Source: Selaginella moellendorffii
Taxonomy: Eukaryota > Plantae > Lycopodiophyta
Assembly: GCF_000143415.4 (NCBI RefSeq)
Contig: NW_003314262.1
Span: forward strand, 2,902,603-2,966,602
Direction of reading: 5' to 3'
DNA length: 64,000 nt
The notes below the pieces were generated by a model that was not told the DNA's origin, did not search any database, and saw only the letters and a program-made list of their open reading frames with translations. How positions within the stretch are numbered: the first letter of the stretch is position 1; each line of letters opens with the position of its first letter. A program made the translations under genes and the position numbers. Positions 12,718 through 26,000 of the stretch are shown here, one piece after another.

Positions 12718-15512
12718 CCATGGAAGTTTGTTTCCAAACCAAGTTGTGAATGAGCAAGAGTGCCCCTTCATCTTCAAAATATTTACCATAGCCCCTACCT
12801 CTGATGTAGATCTAGTGTAAATCCCAAATAGACATGTTTGGGTCTAGTGACCTTACAAATACATGGGTACATTTTGACCATATGGAGCATGTATCAGGTT
12901 AGACCATCATGGGAGCTCATGTGTATGATCCAAGGTAATTTTTATTCTTATTCTATTGAAATTGTTGTAATATTTGTGTTTTCATAGGTTACGTTATAAC
13001 TAGATAATTGCGACAGTAGAGTTTAAAGTACAAGACCAAATAGCCCAAAAAATATTTTAGAAGTCCCTCTCCGATATTGTCCTAAAGCAGACTGGTGAGC
13101 TTGCAAACTTTTACAGTTTCATGGCAATTAGGGCTAGTGCAAATTAGAATGGTGTTTGAGCAGTTTTTGGGAATGGTTAGCCATTAGAAGGTCATAAGAG
13201 GACTTGTGAGTTCCATTGAGCTCAAAGCTTAAACCAACACTACCACCTTATCAAGCTAAAGTTTCAATAAATGTTTAAGGATTTGTGCAAACAATGGCAA
13301 GTTGCACCTTCTGAAGAGGAGCATTAGGCAAAAGTAAATGAGATTTGTGTGGTGGGGTGAAGATGGTTATACGGATGTAAGTTGTTTACCACAACTTGAG
13401 TCATGGTTAAGGTGGTGGGAAGTTAGGATATTCCAGTGGGGTCATCACTTTTTTTAGGTTGGTTTCTATTTTTTCTTCTCATTTTATTACCTTTTAATAT
13501 TGCCTTTTCCATTATAATCAACCATTTAAAGACCTTATATATACCCCAATTGTGAATCTATCCAAAAGTAAGCACCAAAGTTCGTGTTCCTCTAGGGTAG
13601 GGAAAGGGAAAATGAGTCTATACGAAGCTTATCTATTAGATTTGATACCACTATAGAGCAATCTTCAAAAGCGTTGGCATTCAAGGAAGGAAGATATGTG
13701 GGAACAAGGCCTTCTGTTGAGATGTTACATGATAGGATGAAGAGAAAATTAACCCCACCCACCCAAACAATAGCAACTGCAATTGTGTAAATGGTTCGTG
13801 GCACATCTATAAAGTACACTCCCTGGGCTTTTATTGGTGATATGAAGACTGTCCGCTCAAAGCGTCATTTCTCCTTTACTAATGAAGGTGTTCGCATGGA
13901 TCTTAGAGTAAAAAAACTCTCACAGGCTTGATGTTGAATACCATTCTACTCCAAGACACCACTCTCGATGAACCGGTAAACCGAGCCACCTCAAGTGGCT
14001 GATAAAGAGAGCGTATCACAATAGGTTGAAATTGCTTACCGTAACGTGGAGCTGAAGCAATGGGCAATCTGATACATGCTAGCAAAATTGAATGTAAGGT
14101 GTGTGGGGATGCTTTCGAGAGGCAAGTGTTGGGCCTGGATTCGTGGTGATAAATCTACTTTTGTTTCAGCCCCATGTTTCTATGGGGAACGAAAGAAAGT
14201 AAGATTTTCAAGATGGTGTTGGCTATATTGTTGCAACATTGATGCCAACCATACAAAGTGGCTTGAAGACACTGTAATGACTAAACCTGATGCAATACTT
14301 AAAGAATGGCTAGTTGCTAATAGAGTTGCACTCAACTTAGATGAGATTAAAAACCTTGAGAAATCTGGTTTCAATCTTAAGAGGAGAGTTGAAGATATGA
14401 GTGATAGAACTAAGATTATTCCTACAAAGATGCATATGAGGCTAGCAAGAAAAGGTAAAGTAGTTAAATTATTGGTACCGTCTCCAAGTAGAAGTAGGGT
14501 AAAATAAATTTGGCTCAAACACTTGAGTGTGGGATTCTCTTCACGAAGTACATCATTGTGCTTGCAAAGGAGTATATAGTCAAAATAAAAAGTAAAGAGT
14601 ACACAATTGCTATTCAAGGCTTCCCTTCTTGCACATGTCTAGACTTTACGAAATGTGAAGAACATGGGAAGGCATATATTCCTTACAAACATATGTACTA
14701 CATCGTCATCAACATCTTGCACTAGGATCCTAAAGTGGATATTCATATATACTAAGTAAGCTTTACTATTGCTAAGTTGCAAAAAACTTTTGGAGATAAC
14801 TAGATTTTTCTAACACTATCAATGTTTATTCTCTATCAATAATATAAACTTATTATACTTTATATAATTGATAAAAAACATTTTTTTCATTTCACTTTTC
14901 ATTTTATAAACTTGCAAGTGTTCTTTTTACAATACTACCCATAATACTCGTGTGTCTTCATTTCTATCTTTACCATCTCAAAAAAGATTTTATGATAGTC
15001 TTTCAGGTGTGTGATGTTGCAATGTGTCACGAGAGCATATATACTATCATACTGATCATCACTATTGTTTCCACCAGACACTAAAAAACAAAGAGGGCAT
15101 TTCTTGAAAGTCATAAAATTGCAGTTTTCTAAAACAAGTAAGAGAACATTCTTTTTCACCCAATTTATTGTGCCCTCTGTTATTGCATTTATCTCCAATT
15201 CATGATCACTATCCTCACTATCTTCTCTTCATTTTCTTGTATCTTCATTTTCTTGTATGGTTTGGTTATGCTATGTAATGGGATAGTTATTGCATCTCCT
15301 AGCCCTTGAACCCTAGGAAGAAAGATTATAAGAGTTAAAATTACTAACACTAAAATTTACAGACATTTGTGTGTATTTCCCTCTTTTTAAATGAGAGTAT
15401 GAATGAAAATCTATAAATTCTAGATAATATGCTATGACAAACCCCTCAAAAATGTATTCTAGAAAAGAACCAAGTCTTTCTTTTATATGTAATAAGCTTA
15501 CATCAACGGTTT

Positions 15513-16295
15513 TGTAGCACTATCTCTCTCCCCTTAAGCTAACTAAAAAAGGGGTAATTGCTTGATGAGAGAACCCTTAGTGGCTATTTTATCCCCATTT
15601 ATCCCCCAAGGTTCCAAGGATCCACGGTGACAGTATATCCAAATCTTATTCTATAATCATATGCATTACACTCAACCCCCCCTTCAGAGATGTCAATGCC
15701 CTCATTGACTATTGACTAACAACCCCTACTGAGCCAAGAGGAACCAGCACCTCCATTTCTGCACTGAATCTACTAATCCTTCCATTATGTAGACTAGCTA
15801 TTCCATGTGAGGCAACTAGTCATCCCCCCATACCACAATCTCTACCAATCCTTCCATTGTGTAGACTAGCTATTCTATGTGAGGCAATCTCTACCAATCC
15901 TTCCATTGTGTAGACTAGCTATTCTATGTGAGGCAAGTAGTCATCCACCCATACCACAGTCTCACGGTGGATACCCTCGTCCGTGGATACTCCACACAAG
16001 AGGAAGGACATACGCATGGATGCCCAATACGTATGATTTCAAATTTAGAGGTAGGAATATACCTTACTCAAGGGTATATTATATTTTTAAGTAGCCACTA
16101 ATCAATGGGAATCGAACTCATGCCATTTGCTCTGATACCAACTATAGCACACCCTATCTCTCTCCCCTTAAGCCAACTAGTAAAGGGGCAATTGCTTGAT
16201 GAAAGAGCCCTTAGTGGCTATTTTATCCCCATTTATCCCTTAAGGTTCCAAGGATCCACGGTGACAGTATTCATCCTATGATCACATGCGCTACA
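15513..16295 (-). mobile_element. TRIM (783 bp), non-autonomous
   Basis: LTRs 15513-15670 and 16143-16295, TSD GGTTT on both sides, PBS GCTCTGATACCA (rc TGGTATCAGAGC, tRNA-iMet) at ~16129-16140, PPT rc at ~15671-15683, internal triplicated ~45-bp unit. Confidence 0.92.
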
Positions 16296-16699
16296 GGTTT
16301 TTTTTCTTTCCTTTCAAACGGTTATATGGCTTTACATAGAATTTTATTTCAAATTTAATACTTTTTTAATTCTGAAAAACCTGACATTTACTAGTAAATA
16401 AGCATAGAGTACAAATTTAAGGAAGTGACAAGAATACTTTTTCTACAAACATTTTATTTTATGTTCTAACAAACATCCCTATTATGGCATGTAGTAAATA
16501 TTTGAATTGTTAGAACAAAAAGTGTCCTTTAGAACATTTTTATCTATATAATATGTAGAGAGTTATGAAATTATTAAGTTTGCCATAACCCTAATATTTT
16601 AAAGTTTTTAATATTTGTATTAAACTACAATTGAAACTTGAGCTCAACTCACAAGCTCAACTCTTCAACTCGTGAGCTCAAGTATGGTCCACGCTCCTT

Positions 16700-19600
16700 T
16701 ATGAGAGTAGTGAGCTCTCACTAATCTTGATTTAATCTTAATAGCCTTGCACCTTGGCTGAGGATAATGATGTTCAATTTAGTTGTTTAATGTTGAGATA
16801 TTAGTACCCATATTATACCTTGTCTATGAGAAGGTCCAATATGAGTCTATCTTATGATCTTCACTTTAGTTTCAGCTAAGTGTTGATTATGCAAAGCTAG
16901 CCTTTTCAATGCATGCTTAGGGCTATTGGCTAAACATGTTAGTGGGCTTATTGCGATTTAATTGGATTCGAGTGATCATTTAGTTCATACTTGTCCATAA
17001 ACCTTTATTTCAGATTTAAGGTATTATATTCATGTTGGAAAAGTATATGACTTGATGATGTGAGTTTAGTGTTTGGGTTTTGTGAAGGCAAGTTAAAGAG
17101 TGATTGTTGGTTGCTTTGCAACTAGTGATTATTTATAAATTTTGTCAATGCCTATTGACACTTGCTTTGCTTGATGAAGATTTATCAATGATAGGCTTAC
17201 TTTATCGGATAGTGTTGTAAAGGATTATGTCATTGAACTTATATAAGTTTTCCATGTTAGTATATCAACTCTACCTCTGTTGATATCATTTGGTTGCATT
17301 TAGTCCGTAGTGTTGGATTACATTGAGTCTTGGACATGGTGATTCACTCCTTAGTAATGTGGTATCTGTAACTGAGTAATGTTGAAAGATTGGTCTTAAA
17401 TATTGACTAAGGTATCTTCAACTTTGGTTAGTTTGGTTGTTAAAGAGCTTTGAGTGGTAATTCACTCTTGCTTTTTTCTAATTTTGTTCTAGTGTTGATA
17501 GCATTGAAGTGATGCCTTGTCGTTGATATTGTTCATGTTGAGATTTGAGTGAAATAAAATGTCTCTCCGTAGAATTAATATTGAGTTTCATTAGTTTCGA
17601 TGCAGATAGTTTTAAGGATTTGGCTATAACTTTGTGTAATTAGCATTTGTGTAGTTGCTAGTTAGCAACTATTTTGGCATTCAAATGAGCTGAGTAGCAA
17701 ATTGAGTTAGTTGTGTTTTAGATAAGATTATTTAGTAAAGGTTGAACTTTGGTTTTTCCTTGAAAAATGATTCAATTGTGGACTATGCTAACTTTATGAG
17801 AGGAAGAGTTAATGATCGATATTGAAAATGTTGGTTCTTTGTTGGATTTGAATTAAGATATATCAATTATTGATGATTTTTCTTGTGCTTGTTATAAAGT
17901 GAGTTACATCTTGCTATAAAGATGGATTCATAGAGGATTGTTTGGTAATTACTTGTTAAGCATAGCTTCAATATGCTTAGATTTTGGATTGATGCAAATA
18001 TGCTTTTCATTAGCTTTTGCATGTTTTACTTCTAGCTATACTGAGGAGAATATTGTGGGTTGTACCATGATTTCTTCTTTGGCCTTGACATTAATTTATA
18101 CGAAATTTATGATCATTGTTAGACAAGATTTGGTTATAGATTTCTTTACGCTTTTGGGTCCTTGAGTTTTATAGTCATTATTCTGTTTGCTAAAAGTTGT
18201 TAGGGAAGGCATTTTTGGCTCATTAACTTCAATATTGAAGTTCGTTTCTACTAGCAATCATTGGTGATGATTGACTATCATCTAGGATAGTTAATTATCC
18301 TTGTCAAAGGTTTTGCTAAATTATTATTGGTATTGAATGATTTATTATTCATCTAGATAGTGGATTTTTTCTTCGATAATGATTATGCATCTCTTTATTG
18401 ATAGGATGATTGATGATCTTTTATGATAGTTAGTTGTTCTCTTTGATAACTTTTGGCTTTTCGCAATACTACATATTCTTTGTGGTTTGCTCTGGATTGA
18501 TCTCTTGGGTTTAAGACATCAATAGAATGTTGCCGACACTTACTTGAGCAACTTAAGTTTTTTTGTATTGTTGACTACAATTTATTTAGATTGTTTAACG
18601 TGATAGTTGACATGAATGAGTGTTTATTTGTCTTGTTGCATTCATTCTGTTTTGTTGATTGTTGCTTGAGTTAGTTCTGATAAATTATGATGTTATTTCA
18701 TACATTTGCGAATATTTTTTTTATTTGTTATGATACTTTATGTTCTTTTAATCATCTTTTATAAGTTATTTGGCATATTATCTGCAATTTTTGATAGTTA
18801 AGTTTTATCATTGAGTTTTTTTGATAATACACTTGCTATTGAATTTTATTGGATGGTGAATTTTATGTTTTCCAATTATAATAATCTTGGTGGTTCCTAT
18901 ACTATAATATTGGTTTATTGAATGATAACTTCCTTAGAATACTTTTGTATTCTAACTTAAGATTTATTCATTCATAATTAAGTCTCTTAGATATTATTGT
19001 CTATGACTTTGATATTGTATATCTATTGATCTTTGAGTTTGGGCCAGTATAGGAAGATTGGCTTCGGCACTTAGTGTACTTGGTGAAATTTCTAATTATA
19101 GGGTAGCTATTATCAACTTGTCACATCACCCACCTCTTTGTCAATGTTCCTTATTTTTCAAGGATATGACCATGTAAACAACTTTAACTGACTATTTATA
19201 GTAGTCTATTTAAACCTTACTGATGAGTTTAGTTTTTTTGCTCATAAGGGTTGGGGCCTCTATGTCCTTGTAGTCAAAAGTGTATCATATTTTTGTAAGC
19301 TAGATGACACCCAGAGCAACACAGGTGGCTAACTCTGTTAGTTATTTTCTTGTCGACAAGAGGTTATTTTAACTCATTTAAGTTGGTACATTTCTCACAA
19401 AAGTGTAAACACCATAAACTTTTTCTGAAATAGTTTCCTTAGTAATGTTCTAGATAAGAGTATGGAGTAACGAGGATATCAATCTTCCCTAAGGGGGCGA
19501 GAGTGTCGCAAATATGATTTCAAATATCAATGTTACCTGTCGGTTAGTCCTTTTAGATATTTTTTCTTTACTACCACAACAGTAGAAGGTTAGTATTGTT

Positions 19601-20120
19601 GGACCCTTTATTAGTCCCTCTTGTGCTAGTAGAGTTAGTCCCTCTTATGCTGGTCCCTCAGGCATTAACAAGGATTGAATTGTTGGTTACTATTATATCC
19701 AAATTAATTCTCTTACATATGCCTTTTGGGTAACCTAACATAACTGCTACCATATGAAATACAAGCTACTATACTATCTTAAGGGGTTCCAAATATATAG
19801 TAGGGATAGTGGGTAGGTCGGGCATGGTCGACTAACTTAAGATATAGTTTAGCTCCTGCTTGCGTGCTTGTCCTTATTCTATGTCTGGCTTAAGCCTAAT
19901 CTAAGTTCCACACCATGTTAGCTGGTGGAGTACCCATGTTTTCGTATTAGATCACCAGTATGCTAAAATAGTGCCAAACTCCATTTAACTCTGTTTTGCG
20001 TGTTAGTTTTAGCATTGGGATGCCAGATGCTCTAGAATTGTTCCAAGTCACTCTATACTCTTGAAACTTCACTTTTTGGGCTATATACTCAAGAGTTGCT
20101 CTGTGCTGTAGTTCTATTAC
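16700..20120 (+). mobile_element. Second old, decayed family-A fragment (internal 3' half, PPT, partial 3' LTR)
   Basis: Collinear with 5700-7440. PPT AAGGGGGCGAGAG at ~19491-19503 followed by the LTR start TGTCGC at 19504. Confidence 0.7.
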
Positions 20121-23030
20121 TCCTTAGTGTTCTTAACACTAGTAAGTGCAACTGTAGCGCATGTGGTTTTGACCCTTTATCCTATGGTGATTTACCACAG
20201 GATAACACCACGAAGCGGAACCTAAACCCTCTTTGTGCCACATGACAGATGCCACGTGTCACATGCCACGTGTCCAAAGGACCGTGGTGTGGAACCCGAG
20301 GTTCAAGGCCTTGGGCCACTGAACGAAGGAACGGTGCCACCTCCCAAGCATGGAGCCAAGGAGTGACGGAACTGAACCACGGAGCAACTCCCGAGCATAC
20401 AGCCCAAGGAGCGAAGGGACAAGGGCTCGAGGCGACTTGGAACAGTCCTGGAGCAACCAGCATCCCTATGCCAGGACCAGTATGCAAAACGGAGCCAAAC
20501 GGAGTCTGGTGCTATTTTGGCATACCGGTGGCCTAACTTGAGAGTATGGGTACTCCATCAGCTAGCATGGAATGGAACTTGGGCTTAGACCCAAGCCGGA
20601 CGCAGAACAAGGACAGGCACGCAAGCGGGAGCTAGACTATGCCTCAAGTTGGTCGGCCATGCCCGACCTACCCACTATCCCTACTATACATTTGGAACCC
20701 CCCATAGCCCCCCCCCCCCCACTTGAGGAACACACGCTTTGGGCTTTCACCCCAAGCCTCCCTTAGTATCAGGAGTTAGTCTCTGGGACAAGCTCAAAAC
20801 TTACTAAATACGGAATGTCTTTAGATTGCAAATTTGGATACGGGACGAACACCATTGTGTTCAGGACGATCTCTACATTCCGTAGATATGCCAAATGAGC
20901 AAATCTAGACACTTTCCATAAATAGCATCTAGGACGAATTGAGACTAACACAAAGGGCATGATAGCGAGGGTGTTTGGCAGACACGGTAAGCTATCATCT
21001 AGCGATGTTGAGGGACCAATCTCAATATCGCAGGGGTTCTTGATACTAGCAAGTGCAAGCCAATGACAGGAGTTTCTCAAACCAGGCTGAGTATGCTCAG
21101 CAAGAAACACATAGGGTTCCTACCTTATGTTTATCCGATCTAAGTACATGGTCATTGACCAGTTTCTCAACTAACTCAAGTGGGAAACTGATAACGGGTC
21201 CAGCAATACCGACCTCCTGCCATCGTGGTAGTAAGGAAAGAATATCCAAAAGGACTAGCCGACAGGTAACTTTCGATACCCGAAGTCACATTCGCGACAC
21301 TCTCCCCCCCTAGGGAAGATCGACGTCTTCGTCGATGCATATTCCAGTCTAGAATACCGCCAAGGAAACAACTCCATAAAAAGTTCACGGTACTCACACT
21401 ATGTGAGAAATGCACCAACTTAAATGAGTTAGGGGGTAACCTCTTTGTCTAACGCAGATGCGCTACGAGTTCAGACACCTTCCGGCCGTCGCCGACAAGG
21501 AAATGACCAACGGAGTTAGCCACCCTTGCTGCTCTGGGTGTCACCCAGCTACAAAAGTGTGATACGCCCTGCCCGCAGAGACATAGAGAGAGAAGCTAGA
21601 GGCCCCAACCCTCTTGAGCAAAGAAACCAAACCCGTCGGTAAGGTTTAGATAGACTACTGTCAACAGGCAGTTAGAGTTGTTTACACAGTCATGCCCTTT
21701 CAACGGACTAAGGAACATCAACAGAGAGGCGGGTTATGTGACCAGTCGACAGTAGCTACCCCATGACTAGAGATTTCAACATGCACACGAAGTGCCGAAG
21801 CCAGTCTGCCTATACTGGCCCAACCTTAGAGAGCAATAGATGGACTATATCAAAGTCATAGACATTGATATCTTAGAGATTTAATTATCAGTGAATATAT
21901 CTTAGTTTAGAACACAAAGTATTCCAAGTAAGTTATCATCCGATAAACCAGTATTAGAGTATAAGAGCCACCAAGATCATCATAATTGGTAAACATAGGA
22001 ATGACCATCCAACAAAATTCAATAGCAAAGATATCATCAAGGAAACTCAATGATGAAACTTAACTATCGAAGATGGTAGACAGTATGCCAAACAATTTAC
22101 GAAAGATAACTCAAAAAACACAAAACATCATTGACTGACAAGCACAATGCTTTCGAATGTATAACCCGAAGGAAATAACATCCCAATCTATCAAAACTAA
22201 CTCGAGCAACAATCAACAGAATAGAATGAATGCAGTAAGACCAACAAACACTCAGTCATGCCAATTATTGCACTAGCCAATTTGAATAGATCCCGGTCAA
22301 CAATACCAAGGAACTAGAGTTGCTTAAGCAAGTGTTAGCAACATTCTATTGATGTCTCAAACCCAAGAGACCAATCCAAGGCAAACCACAAAGAACATGT
22401 GGTAATGCAAAAAGCCATAAGCCATCAAAGAGAACAACTAACTATCATGAAAGATCATCAATCATCCCACCAATAAAGAGATGCAAAATCATCGTTTAAG
22501 AAGGAATCCACCATCCCGAAGAATAGCAAATCAATCTAGATCAATGATAATCAAGCAAAACCTCTGACAAGGATAATCAATTATCCCAGATGATAGTCAA
22601 TCATCACCAATGATTGTTAGATGCAAATACTAACTTCAACATCGAAGCTAGGAGCCAAAATAAGCTCTATTTCGTTAAAGTGGGAATTGTCATTATCCCA
22701 CTTGTAAAATAAGGTTTCCAAACCTTTATATAGTATATAAATATAACAAAATTCAACTGCATTGAGGCACATGCCATTTTATTTTAAACAAGGAAATGTC
22801 TACTCAATCACTTCTCCTCCCCCTGCCACTGCTTCACCTCTCTCTTCTCCTTGTCATCGTCGTCCAATTTCTTTCCATCCTTTTAATATTGGCTCAGTTG
22901 CTCCGAGTCTAGGTGGAGCCCAAGTCCCCATTCAATCTTTACTTTCCCCTTATTAATAAAACAACTTCGTAGACTTCCAATAACATGCTGTAACACTTCT
23001 AGTAACATTTTTAAATAAATACATGCCATC

Positions 23031-26000
23031 TCAGACTGTTATTTTTTGCCTCCAACGCCTATACAATAATCTTGGAATTTCATCACTCTCCACACTATCA
23101 GGATTTAAACCCAATAGTAATGCCATCTCTTCTCTAATACGTCCATGCTCATGTTCAGTGGTCGAAGAACCCATCCGGTTGAGCAGATTATGGAGATGCG
23201 GATAGTGCTTGGCTAGACAATATACATGCCATAAATGATGATTGGTGTCTGTCCGATCAAATGGCTTCTGATATACCGTTCCATCTGCCATTTGGTTGAT
23301 TTCTACAGCCACCTCCTGGACTGGCCGGTTCTCTATCACCATCGCTCCAAGCCGTTTTGCAAGGTCCCCCAGAACATACGGTTTCTTCTCCTTAGTTTCC
23401 ATACTGCAAGAGATGGGGTGCATTGCATATGTGTGCGTGTTCGCTGCAATTTTAATCGGCGAGTCATCGATGATGAGGATTTCACTTGACCTAGCAGTCC
23501 GGTTCATCACTACAGCCTCTGGCTTGACGAAGATGGGCTTGCTACCCCTCACATGGACCATAGTCAAGCAATCCTCCTGCATTAGGAGAAATTCAAATGG
23601 TAATATTACTTGCGTCTGATCGTGCATCATCTGTAGCAACGTTAATGCATTGTGGCGCATCATGGATGTCCAAACTCCCAATTGCAAATTGAACCCGGCC
23701 CTCTGTTTTAAGTGTCGCATGGTCATTATTAGATCCCGTAGTTTCTCCCGTGTGATTAATGTGAATCTGTCTCTTTTGACCAACTTGCGACCGCAGGCTT
23801 TGGAGGGTGCAGTGACATTCGAGGACGAGCCATGCTCATGGGAGAAAAGGACACCATTCAGATCAAAAACAATACAATACCTTCGCCGTGACTCTGAAAT
23901 GAAATGCGTCAGCATAAAAAATGGTACAAGTCAATTTTACCATCTACAATATTAGCGAATGGTGCTCCCGATGGTCGTTGAGAGGGTTTTGGTCAAGGAA
24001 ACGTGAAGGGCAGAAATACTCTCCTCTGCAATGTGGGGTCAATCGCATCCGATGGCGTGTGGGCACATGCCATTTCAGCTGTAGACTCTAGTACAACTGG
24101 CTCAACAGTGGCATGGGGTGGTTCCGATGGCGTGTGATCACACGCCATTTCAGCTGGTGCCTCCGTTGGCAAAGTGGACATGACCGAACAGGTAGCAGGG
24201 GCGGTGTAGGGAGGTTCCAACGGCGCGTAGTCAGACGATTGGGCACACGTTGAGTCTGTTGGAAATGGGGATACGACCGGCTCGACGGCTGGGGCGGCCT
24301 CATGCGGGTCCAATGGCGCCTGGTCACCGTCAGTTGGATACGTGGACAAGATTGACTCAGTGGTATGGGCAGCATCAAGTGGAGCGTGGTCAGCTTGCTT
24401 GGCGTTGATATGGATAGTAGCCTCCACCAGCTCTAATGACTCTTGTAGGCAAGTAGAGTCCACTGGCGGATCCATATGCATGTCCAAATATCTCCCTTCG
24501 ATTGAGATGGTATCCTCCCGTGCTACTAAAAACAAACTCATTAGCACATTGAATCGACTATACTATATTTACCATCAACTGCTATTGAGGAACTAGGACC
24601 GATATCACTTGGGCACACTGCTGATTCTGAAGGATTGGACATATGTTTCGACCCTTGCTTGGCACTATCCTTCCTCGACACTAAAGGCTAGAGTTTGTAA
24701 ATTCAACTGAATAATCTCTACTTACCATTTCCTCTGCGACCTACATGGACAATGTTAGAAATGGTAAAAGGTTAGGAATGGATGTACTATTATTTACCTG
24801 ATGGTTTGTCTTGTATGACCTTCCTCCGCTGCTCTTTGGCCACCTCAGGCTGGCCATCGTCGTCATCATCGTCGTCGTCGTTATTGTGATCGTCACCATT
24901 GTGAGGACCATCCAAGTCCTCTTCGTCCTCCTCTTCTTTGTCCTCCTCTTCGTCCTTCTGCTCTTCCTGCTCATTATCTTTCTCTGGCTCCTCATCCCCC
25001 TCCTGCATTTCTTCCATAGGCTGCTCAGGCTGGATGGCTTGTTCTTCCAGGACCATCTTGGGAAAATCATCTGGCCGAGTCTCCATCTCAAAATACAAGA
25101 CATCCATAGCCTGTTTTAGTGCGTGACCTAGGACCGTATCCTCACCCGACTGTCTTAACATGGTTTCTGCACGTTCTTGCACCCTTCGAAGACGACGAGA
25201 TGAGAAAAACGTGGCCCTGACTTGAAAAGCATCCCTCATCCATTGTACCTCTCTATTGAGATTGGGGAAGGGGAGTCCGCCATAGGAATCTGAGTCAGGA
25301 GGTGGTGACTGCCTGCTTTCACTTAGCCCTTGATCTGCAATGAATGGCATGAGCACACATGCCATAACCGCGAGGTATTACCTATCATCTTTTCGTTGCC
25401 CTTCTTCCTTTTCGAATCAAACGCCTCTGATCCCGACAACTGTCCAACGTGCTTTCGCTTTTTATGACCATTGTCATTTTGAGCTTGGCTGGTGCTTGCC
25501 TGTTTTGCCTTTGAAGTAGTGTCTCCTACAAGGAATGGCATGAGACCACACGCCATTGCAAATATAATTTGTACCTCCTTTTTTCCTATTGCTTGTCTGT
25601 TTGTCCTTCTTCGACGCGCCACCAGTGCGCTTTTCAGTCCTCGTGTCTGAATATTCACAACGATCTATAATCAAAATGGCGTGAGGCCTCACGTGACCTT
25701 ACCTTGTGCAGGTTGTGAGCTCGGCCCAACATGGGTATCTTCAACAGTAGCTGTTAATGCCGTTTCAGCATCTGGGGGTGGCCACGCTCCTGCATACAGA
25801 GCTTGTGAGATAACATTTAAACTTAAAATGCGTACTCACCAGGTTCACAGAGAAGATACTGTTTTTCTTTGGCAACTGTAATTATATGCTCCATTGAAGT
25901 CACCTCTTCAATGGAGTTTGTCACCACAACACACGGGACACCCTTGAGTAGTGCAGCTCGAAAGAATAGTCCGTCGCAGTTGTACTCGACAACGCATTTG

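Larger units (their letters stand above)
9825..14750 (+). pseudogene. Decayed MULE-like transposase (N-terminal Cys/His WRKY/GCM-like region, C-terminal SWIM zinc finger), split by the solo LTR at 10807-12717
   Basis: ORF 9803-10429 has a DVHNW...HCGGYLDCVDEAC...KAKMYY...IVHVSTHIH Cys/His pattern. ~13396-13440 reads LESWLRWWEVRIFQWG. ORF 14510-14725 has PSCTCLDF...IPYKHMYY (SWIM CxC...CxH with C>Y). Many stops. Family assignment from motif recall. Confidence 0.55.
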
